Shown here piece after piece: positions 1-13,200 of a stretch of 64,000 nt of DNA (positions are counted from its first letter, which is position 1; each line of letters begins with the position of its first letter). The translations under genes were made by a program, and so were the position numbers. Origin of the DNA: Azolla caroliniana (Eukaryota > Plantae > Polypodiophyta); assembly GCA_043228905.1 (NCBI GenBank), contig JBHGNT010000006.1:12214001-12278000 (forward strand), read 5' to 3'. The notes below the pieces were generated by a model that was given only the letters and a program-made list of their open reading frames with translations, had not been told where the DNA came from and made no database searches.

Positions 1-14
1 TTTCTGTGTTGTTT

Positions 15-26
15 GCTTTGATACCA
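15..26 (-). promoter_or_regulatory. Primer binding site (tRNA-iMet) of a copia element extending left out of the window
   Basis: Reverse complement TGGTATCAAAGC; the same context as the PBS of element D (49588-49599). Confidence 0.8.
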
Positions 27-29
27 GTT

Positions 30-579
30 TGATGAGAATCACGGAATGTAACTCGGCCAAAACGGAGTCTACAATCACAGAAAATGAGGATGGAGGAATT
101 AGAAATGGGAACTAAAGAGTGAACACAAGATGTTTACGTGGAAAACCCTAATAGGGAAAAACCACGGGAGCCCACAGACTCCGAACTATCACTATGAAGA
201 GAAGGGGTACAATTAGAGACTCGTAGGCAACAACCTCGAGCTCGATTTCTTTGCCAGGCGGCGGTTACAACTGAGTATATCTTTGTATCTCTCTCTCCCT
301 CTCTATCACACTCTCTCTATACAACAATATGACAACATCAACAACTCCTAATAAGTGTTTTCCCTAGGTCATATTTATACTAATATGGCTTTAGAACTAT
401 TTACAAATATAGCCTCCATGAGCTTACTAAGAAAAACATATTTACAAATATGTCTTCTACATCCGGTTCTCACCGGGTCCTCATCATCCGGTTCTCATCG
501 AGTCTTCTACACCCGGTTCTTACCGGGTCTTCTACATCCGGTTCTCAAGATCCCATCTGGAGGGACCGAAATCCCAACA
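30..579 (-). mobile_element. 5' LTR of a family-A (Tork/Tnt1-like) copia element
   Basis: TG...CA termini on the minus strand; adjacent PBS; similar to the LTRs of A and D (CATCCGGTTCTCACCGGG repeats, TATA block CCTAGGTCATATTTATACTAATATG). Confidence 0.85.
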
Positions 580-1402
580 AACTCTTGTATTCTTAATATA
601 AAGCTTGTTCTTATCATACCATTTCAATTCTTCAATCATATATTGTCTGTGTCTCTTATCTATGCTCGTCTCTCTCTTGCACATTACTTGTAAAATTCTC
701 CTTCTTCCTATCCTTAATCATTCTAACATCGTTTCACAAGCCTTATTAAAATTTTGCCAACTCCCTTTAACCTTAGTCCCTGTTGTTAGGATCTCGGTCC
801 CTCTGGATGGGATGATGAATGCTCGGTGAGAATTGGATGATGAACGCCCGGTGAGAACCGGATGATGAGTACCCGGTAAGGAAGACCCGGTGAGAACCGG
901 ATGACGCAGGCCCGGTGAGAACCTCTCACCGGATGAAGGGACATATATGGAGATATGTTTCTGAGAGCCCATTGGGGCTATATCTATAAATAGTCCTAAT
1001 GTCATATTAGTATAAATATGACCTAGGGCAAACAGTGTTGTAAATCATTGTGTTGTCATTTTTTTTGTATAGAGTTATTGGTGTAACTGTTGTATAAAGC
1101 GTAGCAGAGAAAGAGAGAGAGCGAGAGAGAGAGAGAGATAGAGTGATTCTTTGTTGTAACTGCCGCTAGGCGAAGAGTGTGAGCACGAGGTCGTTGCCTC
1201 TATGCCCCTTGTTGTATTCTTTGAGATAGTGATAGTTTGGAGTCCGTGGGGTCCTGTGGTTTTTCCCATTCAGGGTTTTCCACGTTAACATACTGTGTAC
1301 CCTCTCTCATATTATCTGTGTGTATGTGTATTCACCTCCATTCCCATTCTCGGTGTTCAATTCGAAACGACACGATCTGAGACTCGGTTGTGGCTGAGTA
1401 AC

Positions 1403-4400
1403 AAGTTTAATGAAGAGAGCAAGGCTCATGAGCTCTGGGAGAAGATCGACATTATGTTTCAGAACAAAAATGTTGTTAATTGGGTTTCGGTATTTCGGAA
1501 GGTAGTGAGGCTCCGGTACCAAGATGGCTCCAGTATGGTGGAGCACAAGAATGCCTTCGAGGGGCTGATTCACCAGGCAACCTCATTGGAAGTAGCTCTC
1601 GCCGATGACGTACTTGCTCTACTCCTACTCAGTTCCATCTAGAATAGGTGGGAGACGTTAGTTGTCACTTTGGGCAACGCCAGGCCGGAAGGGAAACAAC
1701 TATCCCTAGCAAGAGTCAAGTCAAGCTTGCTAGATGAGGAGGCACGTCGGAAAGACAAGGATACAATCTCCGACTCCAAAGTGCTCCTTACCGAATCGGA
1801 ACGCGGAAGACAATGGAACCGGAGTCCCCAGAACTGGGAAAAGTCGGGGACAGGGTCAAAGTCAAGGGGAAGGCCCACTTGCTTCTATTGTGGGAAGTCG
1901 GGGCACTTCCAGAAGAATTGTTGGCACTTCCGAAAGAGAAGGAAACCGACAGTATCGATTCGAAGCGATCACCGGACCGGAACAGTAAAGACCGGAGGGG
2001 ATTGGACCAAAAGGGAACGATGGCAATCGCGGCAAGTGAAGAAGAGTTGATGCTCATCACCGAGGAGAGTGAGTTGAACCTTGCTGGCAACGAGACAACA
2101 TGGGTTGTCGATTCTGGAGCGTCGTTCCACCTAACCCTGAACCGGAAATGCTTCTCATCCTACACAACCGGTGAGCACGACTATGTCTGGATGGGGAATG
2201 AAGGTACGTGCCGAATTGTCGGCATAGGAGACGTGTGGTTGACAACACCAACCGGATGCAAGTTGCTGTTGAAGGATGTCCGACACGTGCCAGAGGTTCG
2301 ACTGAACCTGATATCAGGCGGTTGTCTAGATAATGAAGGCTACATGGGTAGCATCTGGAACGGTGTCATGAAGTTTAGCAAGCGGAGCCTGATAGTGGCT
2401 TGGGCCCGGAAGGTCAACACGTTGTACCTGATGAATGCCCGGTTATGCCCGGAAGACGTGAACGTGGCATCCGACACTACCGGTGAGCTGTGGCATAAGA
2501 GACTGTGTCACATGAGCGAGAAGGGGATGAGGAGGCTTGCTGAAGACAACCTCATTCCGTTGAAGAATGTGCAACTTGAGAATTGCACCAATTGCCTAGC
2601 CGGTAAGCAAAACTGAACCTCCTTCCGATCAAGGCCACCGATGAGACGTAATGCACCACTAGAGCTGGTGCATACCGATTTGTGTCAAGTAGACACGAAG
2701 TCACATGCCGGAGCGCAGTACTTCATGATGTTCATAGATGACCACACCCGAAAGTTGTGGGCCACACCGTTGAAGACGAAGGATCAAGTGTTATCCGTCT
2801 TCAAGGAGCTCCAATCAAGAGTGGAAAGAGAAACCGGCCGGAAGCTAAAGGCGGTTCGAGCAGATAATGAAGGAGAATACCGGGGGCAGTTCGAGGAGTA
2901 CTGCCACTCGACGGGAATCCGGCTTGAATTTACCGTGCCGAAGACGTCGAAACTCAATGGGCTGGCCGAGAGGATGAACTGAACTATAATGGAGAGGGTC
3001 CGGAGTATGCTGGCACATGCAAAGTTACCCAAGACATTTTGGGCTGAGGCTATGGCGACAACGACGTACATGATAAACATATCACCCTTAGTGCCCTTGG
3101 ACAGAGACACACCTCAGAAAGTGTGGGCCGGTAAGGAAGTGTCTTACTGGCATCTGAAGGTGTTCGGGTGTCTCTCTTACGTGCATGTGGCAAAGGACCG
3201 GAGAGCAAAGTTGGATCCAAAGTCTCGGCCTTGCATATTCCTCGAATATGGCGATGATGAGTTCGGCTACCGAGTGTGGGATCCGGTCGACAAGAAGGTT
3301 TTCCGGAGTGGAGATATTATCTTCATGGAGGACAAGACCCTTGCCGACTGGGAGTCAGAGAAGAAGATAATGAACTCTGAGTCAACCGGTAAGAATCAGA
3401 CCGATGAGATTCAGACTTGCCCGGCTAAGAGCCGGTTGACACTCGAAGAATCGGCCTGTTACGGTGAGGATACCGAACCGACAGAAGAAGAAGAAGAGGA
3501 AGCTGAAACCGGAACCGGCCAAGACCCCAAATCGGATTCGGATGAAGAACAAATAGAGGAGCTGGTTGCCGAAAGCCAAAGACGGAGATATCCTCTCAGA
3601 GAGAGAAGTGCCCACCGGAGATTTCCAGATGTAGAGCGCGTCCTACTAACCGATGAGGGGGAGCCGGAAAGCTTCGAAGAAGTGAAGGAGGACACCCATA
3701 GCCGCAAGTGGTTGAGTGCCATGCAGGATGAGATGGATACCCTACATGCGAACCACACATATGAATTGGTGGAATTGCCGAAACGAAAGAGGGCACTTCA
3801 AAACAAGTGGGTGTACAAGCTGAAACCGGGAGATGCCAGCAACCCCCCGAGATACAAAGCCAGGCTCGTGGTGAAGGGGTTCCAGCAAAAGAAGGGAGTG
3901 GACTTTGACGAGATATTTGCCCCAATAGTAAAGATGACTTCCATCCGGACAGTGCTGAGTATAGCAGCAAGCATGGACCTTGAGGTAGAACAGTTAGATG
4001 TGAAGATGGCGTTCCTCCACGACGACGTCGAACATGCAGCAACCGGAGGGATTTGTGAAGAAAGGGAAGGAGCACCTGGTTTGCCGGTTGAAGAAGAGCC
4101 TCTATAGTTTGAAGCAGGCTCCTCGACAATGGTACCGGAAGTTTGACTCCTTCATGACCAATCAAGGTTACCACAAGACACATGCCGATCATTGCGTATT
4201 TGTGAAGAATTTCGAAGGTGGAGACTTCCTGATACTCCTCCTGTACAAGTAAAGATATGGATGCTGAAGAAGGCTCTGAACTGGACCTTCTCAATGGAAG
4301 ACTTGGGTTCGGCAAGACAGATACTGGGGATGCATATCATCCGAGACCGGTCAATGAAGCAGTTGTGGCTATCACAGGAGAAGTACATGACAAAGGTGCT

Positions 4401-4870
4401 TCAACGGTTCAACATGTCAGACGAGAAACCGGTCGGATCGACACTTCCCGCAAACTGCAAGCTATCTGGTAAGAAAAGCCCGAAGACGAAGGTGGAGAAG
4501 GCGGATATGATGAAGATATCATATGCCACTACCGTCGGGAGCTTAATGTATGCAATGGTGTGTACCCGACCAGATATCGGATATGCATTCGGAATGGTGA
4601 GCCGGTTTATGAGCAATCGCGACAAGGAGCACTCGAATGCATAAAATGGATACTCCGGTACTTGAAAGGAACTTCAAGTATGTGTCTCTGATTCGGCTCC
4701 GGTAAACCCCAACTTGACGGTTTCACCGATTCGGATATGTTGGCTGATATGGATACCAGCCGGTCAACATCTGGATATGTTATGACATATGCAGGGGGAG
4801 TTGTTTGGTGGCAGTCGAGGCTGCAGAAGACGGTTGCGTTGTCAACCATGGAGGCGGAGTACATGGTAGT
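1403..4870 (+). pseudogene. Element A gag-pol, degenerate (CCHC knuckle, DSGAS protease, integrase, RT, start of RNase H)
   Basis: ORF fragments with CFYCGKSGH, WVVDSGASFH, LELVHTD, KARLVVKGF; stops, frameshifts and a small deletion removing YVDD near 4246. Confidence 0.9.
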
Positions 4871-5424
4871 TGTAAACGATTACTTGCGGAAGCATTAGAA
4901 AACAGAGAAGGCAGAGAATACACAACGTACACGGGAGAGACAGAGAGAGCAGAACTTCAAGGCTATATTCAAAAACGATAAAAACACTCTGTACTTTACA
5001 ACTGTGCTCAGTAGCACTATTTATACAAGTCCTCATGGGACTGACAGAAGTACCGCATACTTCAATGCTCACACGAGCATCTGACACTTACTACGAGACT
5101 ATAACTGCCTAGTAGTCTAAACTAATACTAGGCTTCCGGTTACCGATTGGATCCGGCTAACCGGCTCCCCAGCTCACCGGCTCTATTGCTTGCCAGCTCG
5201 GTTGCTCACCGACTTACCGACCCGTCTCGCTCACCGGCTCAGGCTTATCCAGTTGAGCTTGCTGCTCAACACTCCCCCTCAAGCTCAACTTGAGGTTGGA
5301 TCCTAGTGTCATCCTCTATGGCAGTCGGTTCTTCCAACCAACTTCTCTTGGCATCGCTCCGCCTTGCTCGAGCTCCTCGTTCGGTCCGGTCCCGTTTGCC
5401 GCAACCCTTTTGGTTCGGCGCGCC

Positions 5425-8400
5425 TCAACCTTCTCGGTCGGCATATCTGCTCAATAGGCCCCTCTCAGCTCCTTCGCTGCTATGACTCCGGCGCTTGCCG
5501 ATCCGTCGGTTCCTCCGTGATGGCATCGACTTCCGCTGCATCTGTGTCTGCTTGGCCTGTAGTTGATTCGGTTCATCCAGATCCGTTTGTTGATCCGAAT
5601 CGGCTATCCCCGATTCATTCCAGCTTTTGTTCGAGTCGATATCCTCCGACTCGTCTTTCGGTTTAAGGCCCTTCACAACATCAGACCACGTCCGGGTCTT
5701 GGCCTTGCTTCCATCCTCGGCTTCTTCAGCCCCCTTGTCTCCCCCTCTTCCAGTTCTTCCTTTACCGGTGTCGGCAACAGTCTCTTTGCCTTTGCCCGTT
5801 CCGGTGTCTTTGCCCGTCCTCCCCCTCAAATGTGGCACGTCGAGATACTGAACACCAAGCATTTCAGTGAAGTGCTACAACTTGTCCGATCCAAGCGGCT
5901 TGGTGAAGATGTCGACAACTTGCCAATCCGTGTGAACATACTGAAGTTCGACCTCACCGCTCAGGACACACTCACGCACGAAGTGATAGTGCACTTCTAT
6001 GTGCTTTGTGCGAGCATGGAATACGGGGTTCTTAGCGAGTTGCATGTTGCTTATGTTGTCCCAGTAGACCAGAATTGGGGTCGGTACCTCGATCCGTAGG
6101 TTTTGCAGCAGTCGCCGAAGCCAAATGGCTTCATAGGTGGCAACGGTCGCGCCCCGGTACTCAGCCTCAGTGCTTGACAGAGCCACTGTTGGCTGCTTTT
6201 TGCTGCTCCATGCAACAGCTGCGCTCCCAAGGGAAAACATAAAACCGGAGGTTGATCGGCGATCTGATACATCTCCGGCCCAGTCGGCATCTATGTAACC
6301 GACCAGCTCTTTGGGTATACCGCGCCGGTATAACAGGCTCCGGTCCTTCGTGTCGCTTACATATCGCAGGATCTGCTGCGCGCACTGAAGGTGGTCCACG
6401 ATCGGCTTCTACATGAACTGACTTATCATTCCGACCGGATAGCTGATGTCGGGTCACGTGATAGTCAAGTAAATAAGGCTTCCGACGATTTGTCGGAACC
6501 GTTTCTCATTACAAGCCGGTCCGGAGTTGGGACGAAGCTTCTGGTTCCGGTCCAAGGGTGTGGAGACAGGTCGGCATTCTGTCATGCCGAAGTTGTACAA
6601 CATATTTAAGACTTAATGTCGTTGTGAGAGAAATATGTCGTCAGGGGTTCGAATCACCTCGATCCCAAGAAAATAATGAAGGTCCCCCAGATACTTCATC
6701 TCAAATGCGTCCGACAACTAGGACTTGACGCGGTTGATTTCTGGAACACCCGATCCGGTGATGACTAGATCATCAACATACAACAGTATACATACCAGAC
6801 CGGCTGAGCCTTGCCGGATGAACAATGAAGAGTCCGATTTGGAGGCCACAAACCCCATCTTACGCAATCGGTGCGTGATCTTCACATTCCAAGCTCGAGG
6901 GGCTTGCTTCAGGCCGTACAACGACTTCTTCAGCCGGCATACCGCCGACTTGTTCATCTCCGATTGAAAACCAAGAGGCTGAGTCATAAAGACTTCTTCT
7001 TCAAGATCACCTTGAAGAAATGCATTCTTCACATCCATCTGATGAAGATGCCACCCCCTTGCCGCAGCAACCGCCAGCACCACTTGAACCGTCGTCATCT
7101 TCGCTACAGGAGCGAAGGTCTCGTCGTAGTTGATTCCGTGGGTCTGCGCGTATCCCTTCGCCACTAATCGGGCTTTATACCCGTTAACAGAACCGTCGAT
7201 GTTGTACTTTACCTTGTATATCCACTTGCATCCGATCGGTTTACAGTGACAATGAGGGTCAACCAGGTCCCATGTCTTGTTGACATCAAGTGCCCGCATT
7301 TCTTCCTCCATAGTGGCATGCCAATTTGCGTCCTTGGCTGCTTCTGCATAGCTTTCCGGCTCATGCACTTCCGCCACCTTAGTCATGTACGCATAGTGAT
7401 GCGCCATATACTCATTGTACCCGTACCGCTTGACGGAATCCTTCTGGCAGGTGGACCGGCGTAACTCACTGTTACCTAGTTTGAGGCCCTTCTTGCCGAA
7501 GATACGCCTTTCTCCTTGCCGGAGTCAGATGCACACTGATCCGACTCATCATTGCCGGTTTCGAATTCCGGCATCTTCTTCTACCCCTTCTCTTTGCGCG
7601 TGAACCATCGCCTTGGTTCCTTGCACGGGGAGTACACGGCAGAGTCTCCACTACTCGCCGGTTCCTCATCGGACTGGTCAGATTGACTCAGTCCCTCGTT
7701 CGGCCCGCTCAACCGGATTGATTCCGGACTCTCATCCTCAGTCCACGCATCATCATCCTCTACCTGGGCCAGTTCGGGCTCACTAGCCTCATCCACCGGC
7801 ATCGGGTCAGATTCGGAAGTCGGAACCGGTAAGGAGTACCACGATGCCCATTCATCAAACTCGACATCTCGACTAACTCGGACCTGCTTTGTCCGGGGGT
7901 CATAACACTTATAACCCTTTTGCTCTTGAGCATAGCCGATTAGGATGCATTTTTCCGATTTTGCATCCAGCTTCCTCCGCTTCTCATTCAGTACATGCAC
8001 ATATGCAATGCTACCGAAGATCTTAAGGTGTCTCAAATTCGGCTTGTGTCCGAAATATAGCTCGTGAGCTGACACCTTGTCACCGATCCGGTTCTGGATG
8101 TAGACAGCTGTTCAGACTTCCTCTGCCCAGTAGAATTTGGGCATGCTCTTCTCCTCCAGCATTTCCCTTGCTGCATCAATAAGCGACCGGTTCTTCCTTT
8201 CGGCAACACCGTTCTGTTGCGGTGTGTATCTGCAGCTGAACTCTCGCCGAATTCCCTTTTGCTGTAGATAATTGTTGAATTGGCCGGAAAAGAGTACTTT
8301 TCCGCCATCCGACCACAGGCATTTGATCTTCCTCTCTGATTCCTGTTCCACCATGGTTTGGAGACTCCAGAAACACTTGACAACTTCACTCTTCCGCTCA

Positions 8401-10103
8401 ATGAGGTAGATCCATGTGTGTCACGTATAGTCGTCGATGAAGGAGACGAAATATCGACTCCCACCAAGACTAACATTCTATGCTAGTCCCCACACATCCG
8501 AATGGATAAGGTCCAGCTTGTTACGGCTCTGGTTACGTTCGGTGGGGAATGGAAGCCGGTGTTGGTTCCTGGGTTGGGAGGCTTCACATACTTGGGCCTT
8601 CCGGCTGCTAAACCTCGGCAAACCGAAAACAACTTGTTTCGTTTGCAGGTCTTGAAGCTTCCGGTAATTGACGTGGCCTATCCGCTTGTGCCACAGGTCG
8701 ATGTCCGATTCGACCTTCTGTCCTTTTGCAAACAGAGCGGTGCCGATGTCATTGGTCTCGAGGATAAACATCCTCCCATCTCTGCGCCCTTGCCCAATAA
8801 TTTGACACTCTTCCTCGATGAAGCACCCGAGGTGCGTAAACTTCACCTGCATAACCTAGTCGACGATTTGTATGACCGACACCAGGTTCTTCGTGATTGT
8901 CGGAACGTGTAATACGTTCATCAGCTTCCCCTTTTGTCCGACGTGGCTCAAAGGGACTTCTCTGACGTGCACGATTGGGTGAGGAGTGTCGTCTCCAGTT
9001 TCGACTACTCCTGGTTGATCCGGTTTCTCCAAAAAGGAGAAGCACTCTTTGTGGCTCGTCATGTGGTTCGACGCACCAGAATCAACATACCACACTTCCT
9101 CCGATTTGGAAGTGGTCTTCTTCATTGAGTTCGCCTCATGCTTCATCATCAAGGCTGGCCCGTTACCGTTCTTGGATCCTCCCGATCCCTTCGTGTAGTG
9201 CGAGCCGTGCCGGCGATCCTTGCCAGCCTTCCCGGATCCGGACTTGTCCGAATCGGTGCATTTTCTCCATCACTCGCTTTCTCTGTGGCCCTTTTTGTCA
9301 CAGTACCAGCATTCCGTTGCAAATTTGTCTTGCCGGCCTTCGGCACCGCCTTGACTCCCCCTGCCTATGGAAGTCCCGGAACTGCTGTCGGCACGTTCTC
9401 TATGCCTTCGTTCTTGCTCTTGCCGGCCGCCTCCATTGCGTGCCGACCCGCCTCGTCCACCATGCCCACGGGACTGATCCGCCTCCGTGTACAACATTCG
9501 GCTGTCAATGGGTGCGCTAGTTGACGCACCGGCGTGGTTCTCCTCTACAAGGAGCATCGATTGTAAGTCGAAAAATGACGGCGTATTCTCCCTTATACAC
9601 ACCGTCGTTCAGAACGCTCTGAACTTAGACGCCAGGCCCCCAAGACAGACATGTACCATCTCGTATTCCTCTATGGTAACGTTGATGGAGGCAAGCGAGT
9701 CGCAGATCTCTTTGATCCGGGCCGTGTAATCCGCCACCGACATGTCCTTCTGTCGGACATTGCTCAACTCCTGTCGGAGTTGCAGCTTCCGGGCTGTAGT
9801 GCTCGCGGCGAAAACCTTCTTCAGGTTTCCCCAAGCCTCCTTCGGTGTCTTGGCGTCTCGGATGTGCCTCAGCAACTGGTCTCCGACACTAGACACGAAG
9901 CAGTACATCAGTCTGCTTGCCGATTGTTCCCACACTGGGAAATCCTTATGTGTCGCATCAGGTGTTGTTTCATTGGCTCCTTCGACGAAACTCCAGTAAC
10001 CATGCCCAAACAGGTACTGGTGCATCTTGTATGACCAAGATGCGTAGTTGGATTTGTCGAGTTTCTCCACAGGGAGCGAGCTACCCATTCCACTATCCAT
10101 CAC
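5425..10103 (-). pseudogene. Element B gag-pol, degenerate, with extended Pol C-terminal tail
   Basis: ORF fragments: gag (EKLDKSNYASW, CWYCDKKGH), WYVDSGASNH, integrase, LYVDDL, HARTKHIEVHYHF. Confidence 0.9.
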
Positions 10104-10248
10104 TTCTCTGTCTGTTGTTCTTATGACCTATTAGGGTTTGCTTTCAGCGTTTGTCGGCTGCGGAGGTTCTCAAACCTCGCGCTTTGATACCATGTAAACG
10201 ATTACTTGCGGAAGCATTAGAAAACAGAGAAGGCAGAGAATACACAGT

Positions 10249-13200
10249 TGTTGAGAGACAAGCTCAACATCGGCCGGATTGGCTGAGCATGTCGGGGACC
10301 GGATCGGTTGGGACTGATCAGTTAAGCCGGACCGGTGCATAGGAAGGCCGTATCAGTGTGTAAACCGAAAGGCCGTTAGAGAGATATTCCTCGTAAAGGA
10401 ATAATTTTGGGAGTGAGTGTCGAGGCTCATTTATGAGCAGTCAAGTACTGTCACTACTTGTGTCACCCCAATTGTCAAGGCTTGTATAAAAGGTGCTCAC
10501 TGAGCACGGTGTATGTATAGAGAGTTAGTATTTTTGAGTTGAGTTTCGTGTGTGTCCTCTCTCTGTCTCTCCCGCGTACTGTGTATACTCAAGCTCTCCA
10601 TTAAACCTGCTTATTTTTTGTGTGTTTGGCTTTCTATGGCTTCTGCACATAATCTTTTTCATGGAATCAGAGCGCGAGGGTTGAGAACCTCTGCAGCAGA
10701 CATAGCTTGAAAGAAAAACCAACCAAGAAGAACAGTCAAAACCGATGGATAGAGGCATGGGTAGCTCACTTCCGACGGAGAAGCTCGACAGAAACAACTA
10801 CGTTTCTTGGTCTTACGAGATGCACCAATACCTACTCGGACACGGTTACTGGAGCTATGTCGATGGAGCAAATGACACAGCACCCGATTCGACACACAAA
10901 GACTTCCCGGCATGGGAACAATCGGCAGTAGAGTGTTGTACTGTTTCGCGTCTTGTGTGGGTGAACAACTGCTAAACTACGTTCGGGATGCAAAAATGCC
11001 GAAGGGTGCATGGGAAAATCTGAGGAAGATCTTCGCCGCGAGCACCACATGCAGGAAGCTTCAGCTCCGACAGGAGTTGAGCAACCTACGACAACGCGAT
11101 TTGTTAGTGGCTGACTATACCTCGAAGATCAAGGACATATGCGACTCCTTAGCTTCCATCGATGTGAACATCGAGGAAAACGAGATGGTCCAGGTCTGTC
11201 TCGGGGGTTTGGCGTCAAAGTTCGGAGCGTTCCGAACTGCTGTCTATACCCGGGAGAATACACCGTCGTTTTTCAACTTACAGTCGATGCTCCTTATAGA
11301 GGAGAACCACGCGGGTGCGTCGACAAGCACGCATGCTGACAACAAGATGTTGTACACGGAGGAAGATAGGCCCCATGGCCGTGGTGGACGAGGCAAGTCG
11401 GTACGCAATGGAGGCGACCGACGAGATCAAGGAAGAAGGCACCGAAGTGATGCTGACAGCAATTCTAGACACTCTGGAATCAGGGGGAGTCGAGGCGACA
11501 AGAATCGGCAAGGGAAATCCACCGCGAAATGCTGGTACTGTGGCAAGAAAGGCCATAGGGAGAGCGAGTGCTGGAAAAAGCGCGCTGAGTCGGAGAGGAC
11601 CGGTTCTGGATCTGGTTTCGGACATACCAACAAAGGAAACCGGCAGCGATCGCACTACGCCAAAGGATCCGGAAAAGCCAAAAAAGGGTCAGTCTTCGTG
11701 ACGAGACACGAAGCAAACTCAATGAAGAAGATCACCCCGAAGTCGGAGGAGGTGTGGTACGTCGACTCCGGCACGTCAAACCACATGACGTGCCACAAGG
11801 AGTGGTTCTCATACCTTGAGAAACCGACACAACCAAGAGTAGTCGCAACCGGAGACGACACTCCGCATCCGATCGCGAATGTCGGTGAAGTTCCCTTGAG
11901 CCATGTCGGGCAGAAAGGGAAACTTATGAATGTGTTACACATCTCGACCATCACAAAGAATCTGGTGTCGGTCGGGCAGATCGTCGACTAGGGGATGTAG
12001 GTTCGGTTTACACACCTCGGATGCTTTATTGAGGAAGAAGGTCGTGTTATTGCTCAAGGGCGCAGAGATGGGAGGATGTTCATCCTCGACTCTACTAACG
12101 ATGGCACCGCAATGTTGGCGAAGGGAAAAAAAGTCGAGTCGGACATCGACTTATGGCACCAGCGGAAAGGCCATGTCAACTACCAGCGGCTTCAGGACCT
12201 GCAATCGAAACAGGCAGTGTTCGGATTGCCCAAATTTAGTGGCCGAAATGCACAAATTTGTGAAGCCTGCCAGCTTGGAAAGCAACACCGACTTCCCTTC
12301 CCCAACGAGCATATCGGAGCCGGAACAAGCTCGATTTGATACACTCCCATGTGTGGGGGCTGACACAAAACGGTTAGTCTTGGTGGGAGTCGATACTTCG
12401 TTTCCTTCATCGACGACTACACGTGGCACACGTGGATCTACCTCATTGAGAGGAAAAGCGAAGTCTTTGACTATTTCCGGGACCTCAAAGGGTTCGTGGA
12501 AACGGAAACAAGAAGAAAGATCAAGTGCCTGCTGTCAGATGGCGGAAAAGAATACTTTTCCGGTCAATTCAACATTTATCTACAACAGATCGGAATTCGG
12601 CGCAAATTCAGTTGTAGATACACGCTGGAGCAAAAAGGCGTGGCCGAGGGGAAAAATCGGTCAGTTGTGGAAGCGGCACGGGCAATGCTGGAAGAGAAGA
12701 GCTTGCCCAAGTTCTACTGGGCCGAGGCGGTAAGGACCGCAGTATACATCCAAAACCGAATCGGAGACAAAGTGTCGGCGCATGAGCAATATTGTGGAAC
12801 AAAGCCGAACTTGCGACACTTTTGAGTTTTCGGTTGCATTGCGTATGTGCATGTACCGAAGGAGAAAAGGAGGAAGTTGGACGCGAAAGCAAAGAAGCGT
12901 ATCTTGGTCGGCTATTCGGACGAGCAGAAGGGCTATAAGTGCTATAACCCACGCACCAAACAAGCGCGCGTGAGCCGTGACGTTGTCTTTGATGAGTCCG
13001 CGCCCTGGTACTTGCCCCCGACTCCTGACCTCACCTCCAATCCGAGTTCTGACGATGTGGTCAGCGAGGCCGAGATGTCTCCGAATGCGCCTGAAATCGG
13101 GACCTGCGAAGAGAGTTCGATTTTGTTTTGGTTAAGTGGACCAAATCAACGACTGAGTCGGTACGACCAGTTCGATGAAGAGCCGGCGAGTAGTGGAGAC

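Noticed and set aside
355-1269. Short ORFs with HPVLTG repeats
   Set aside because: They are translations of the family-A LTR tandem motif, not genes.
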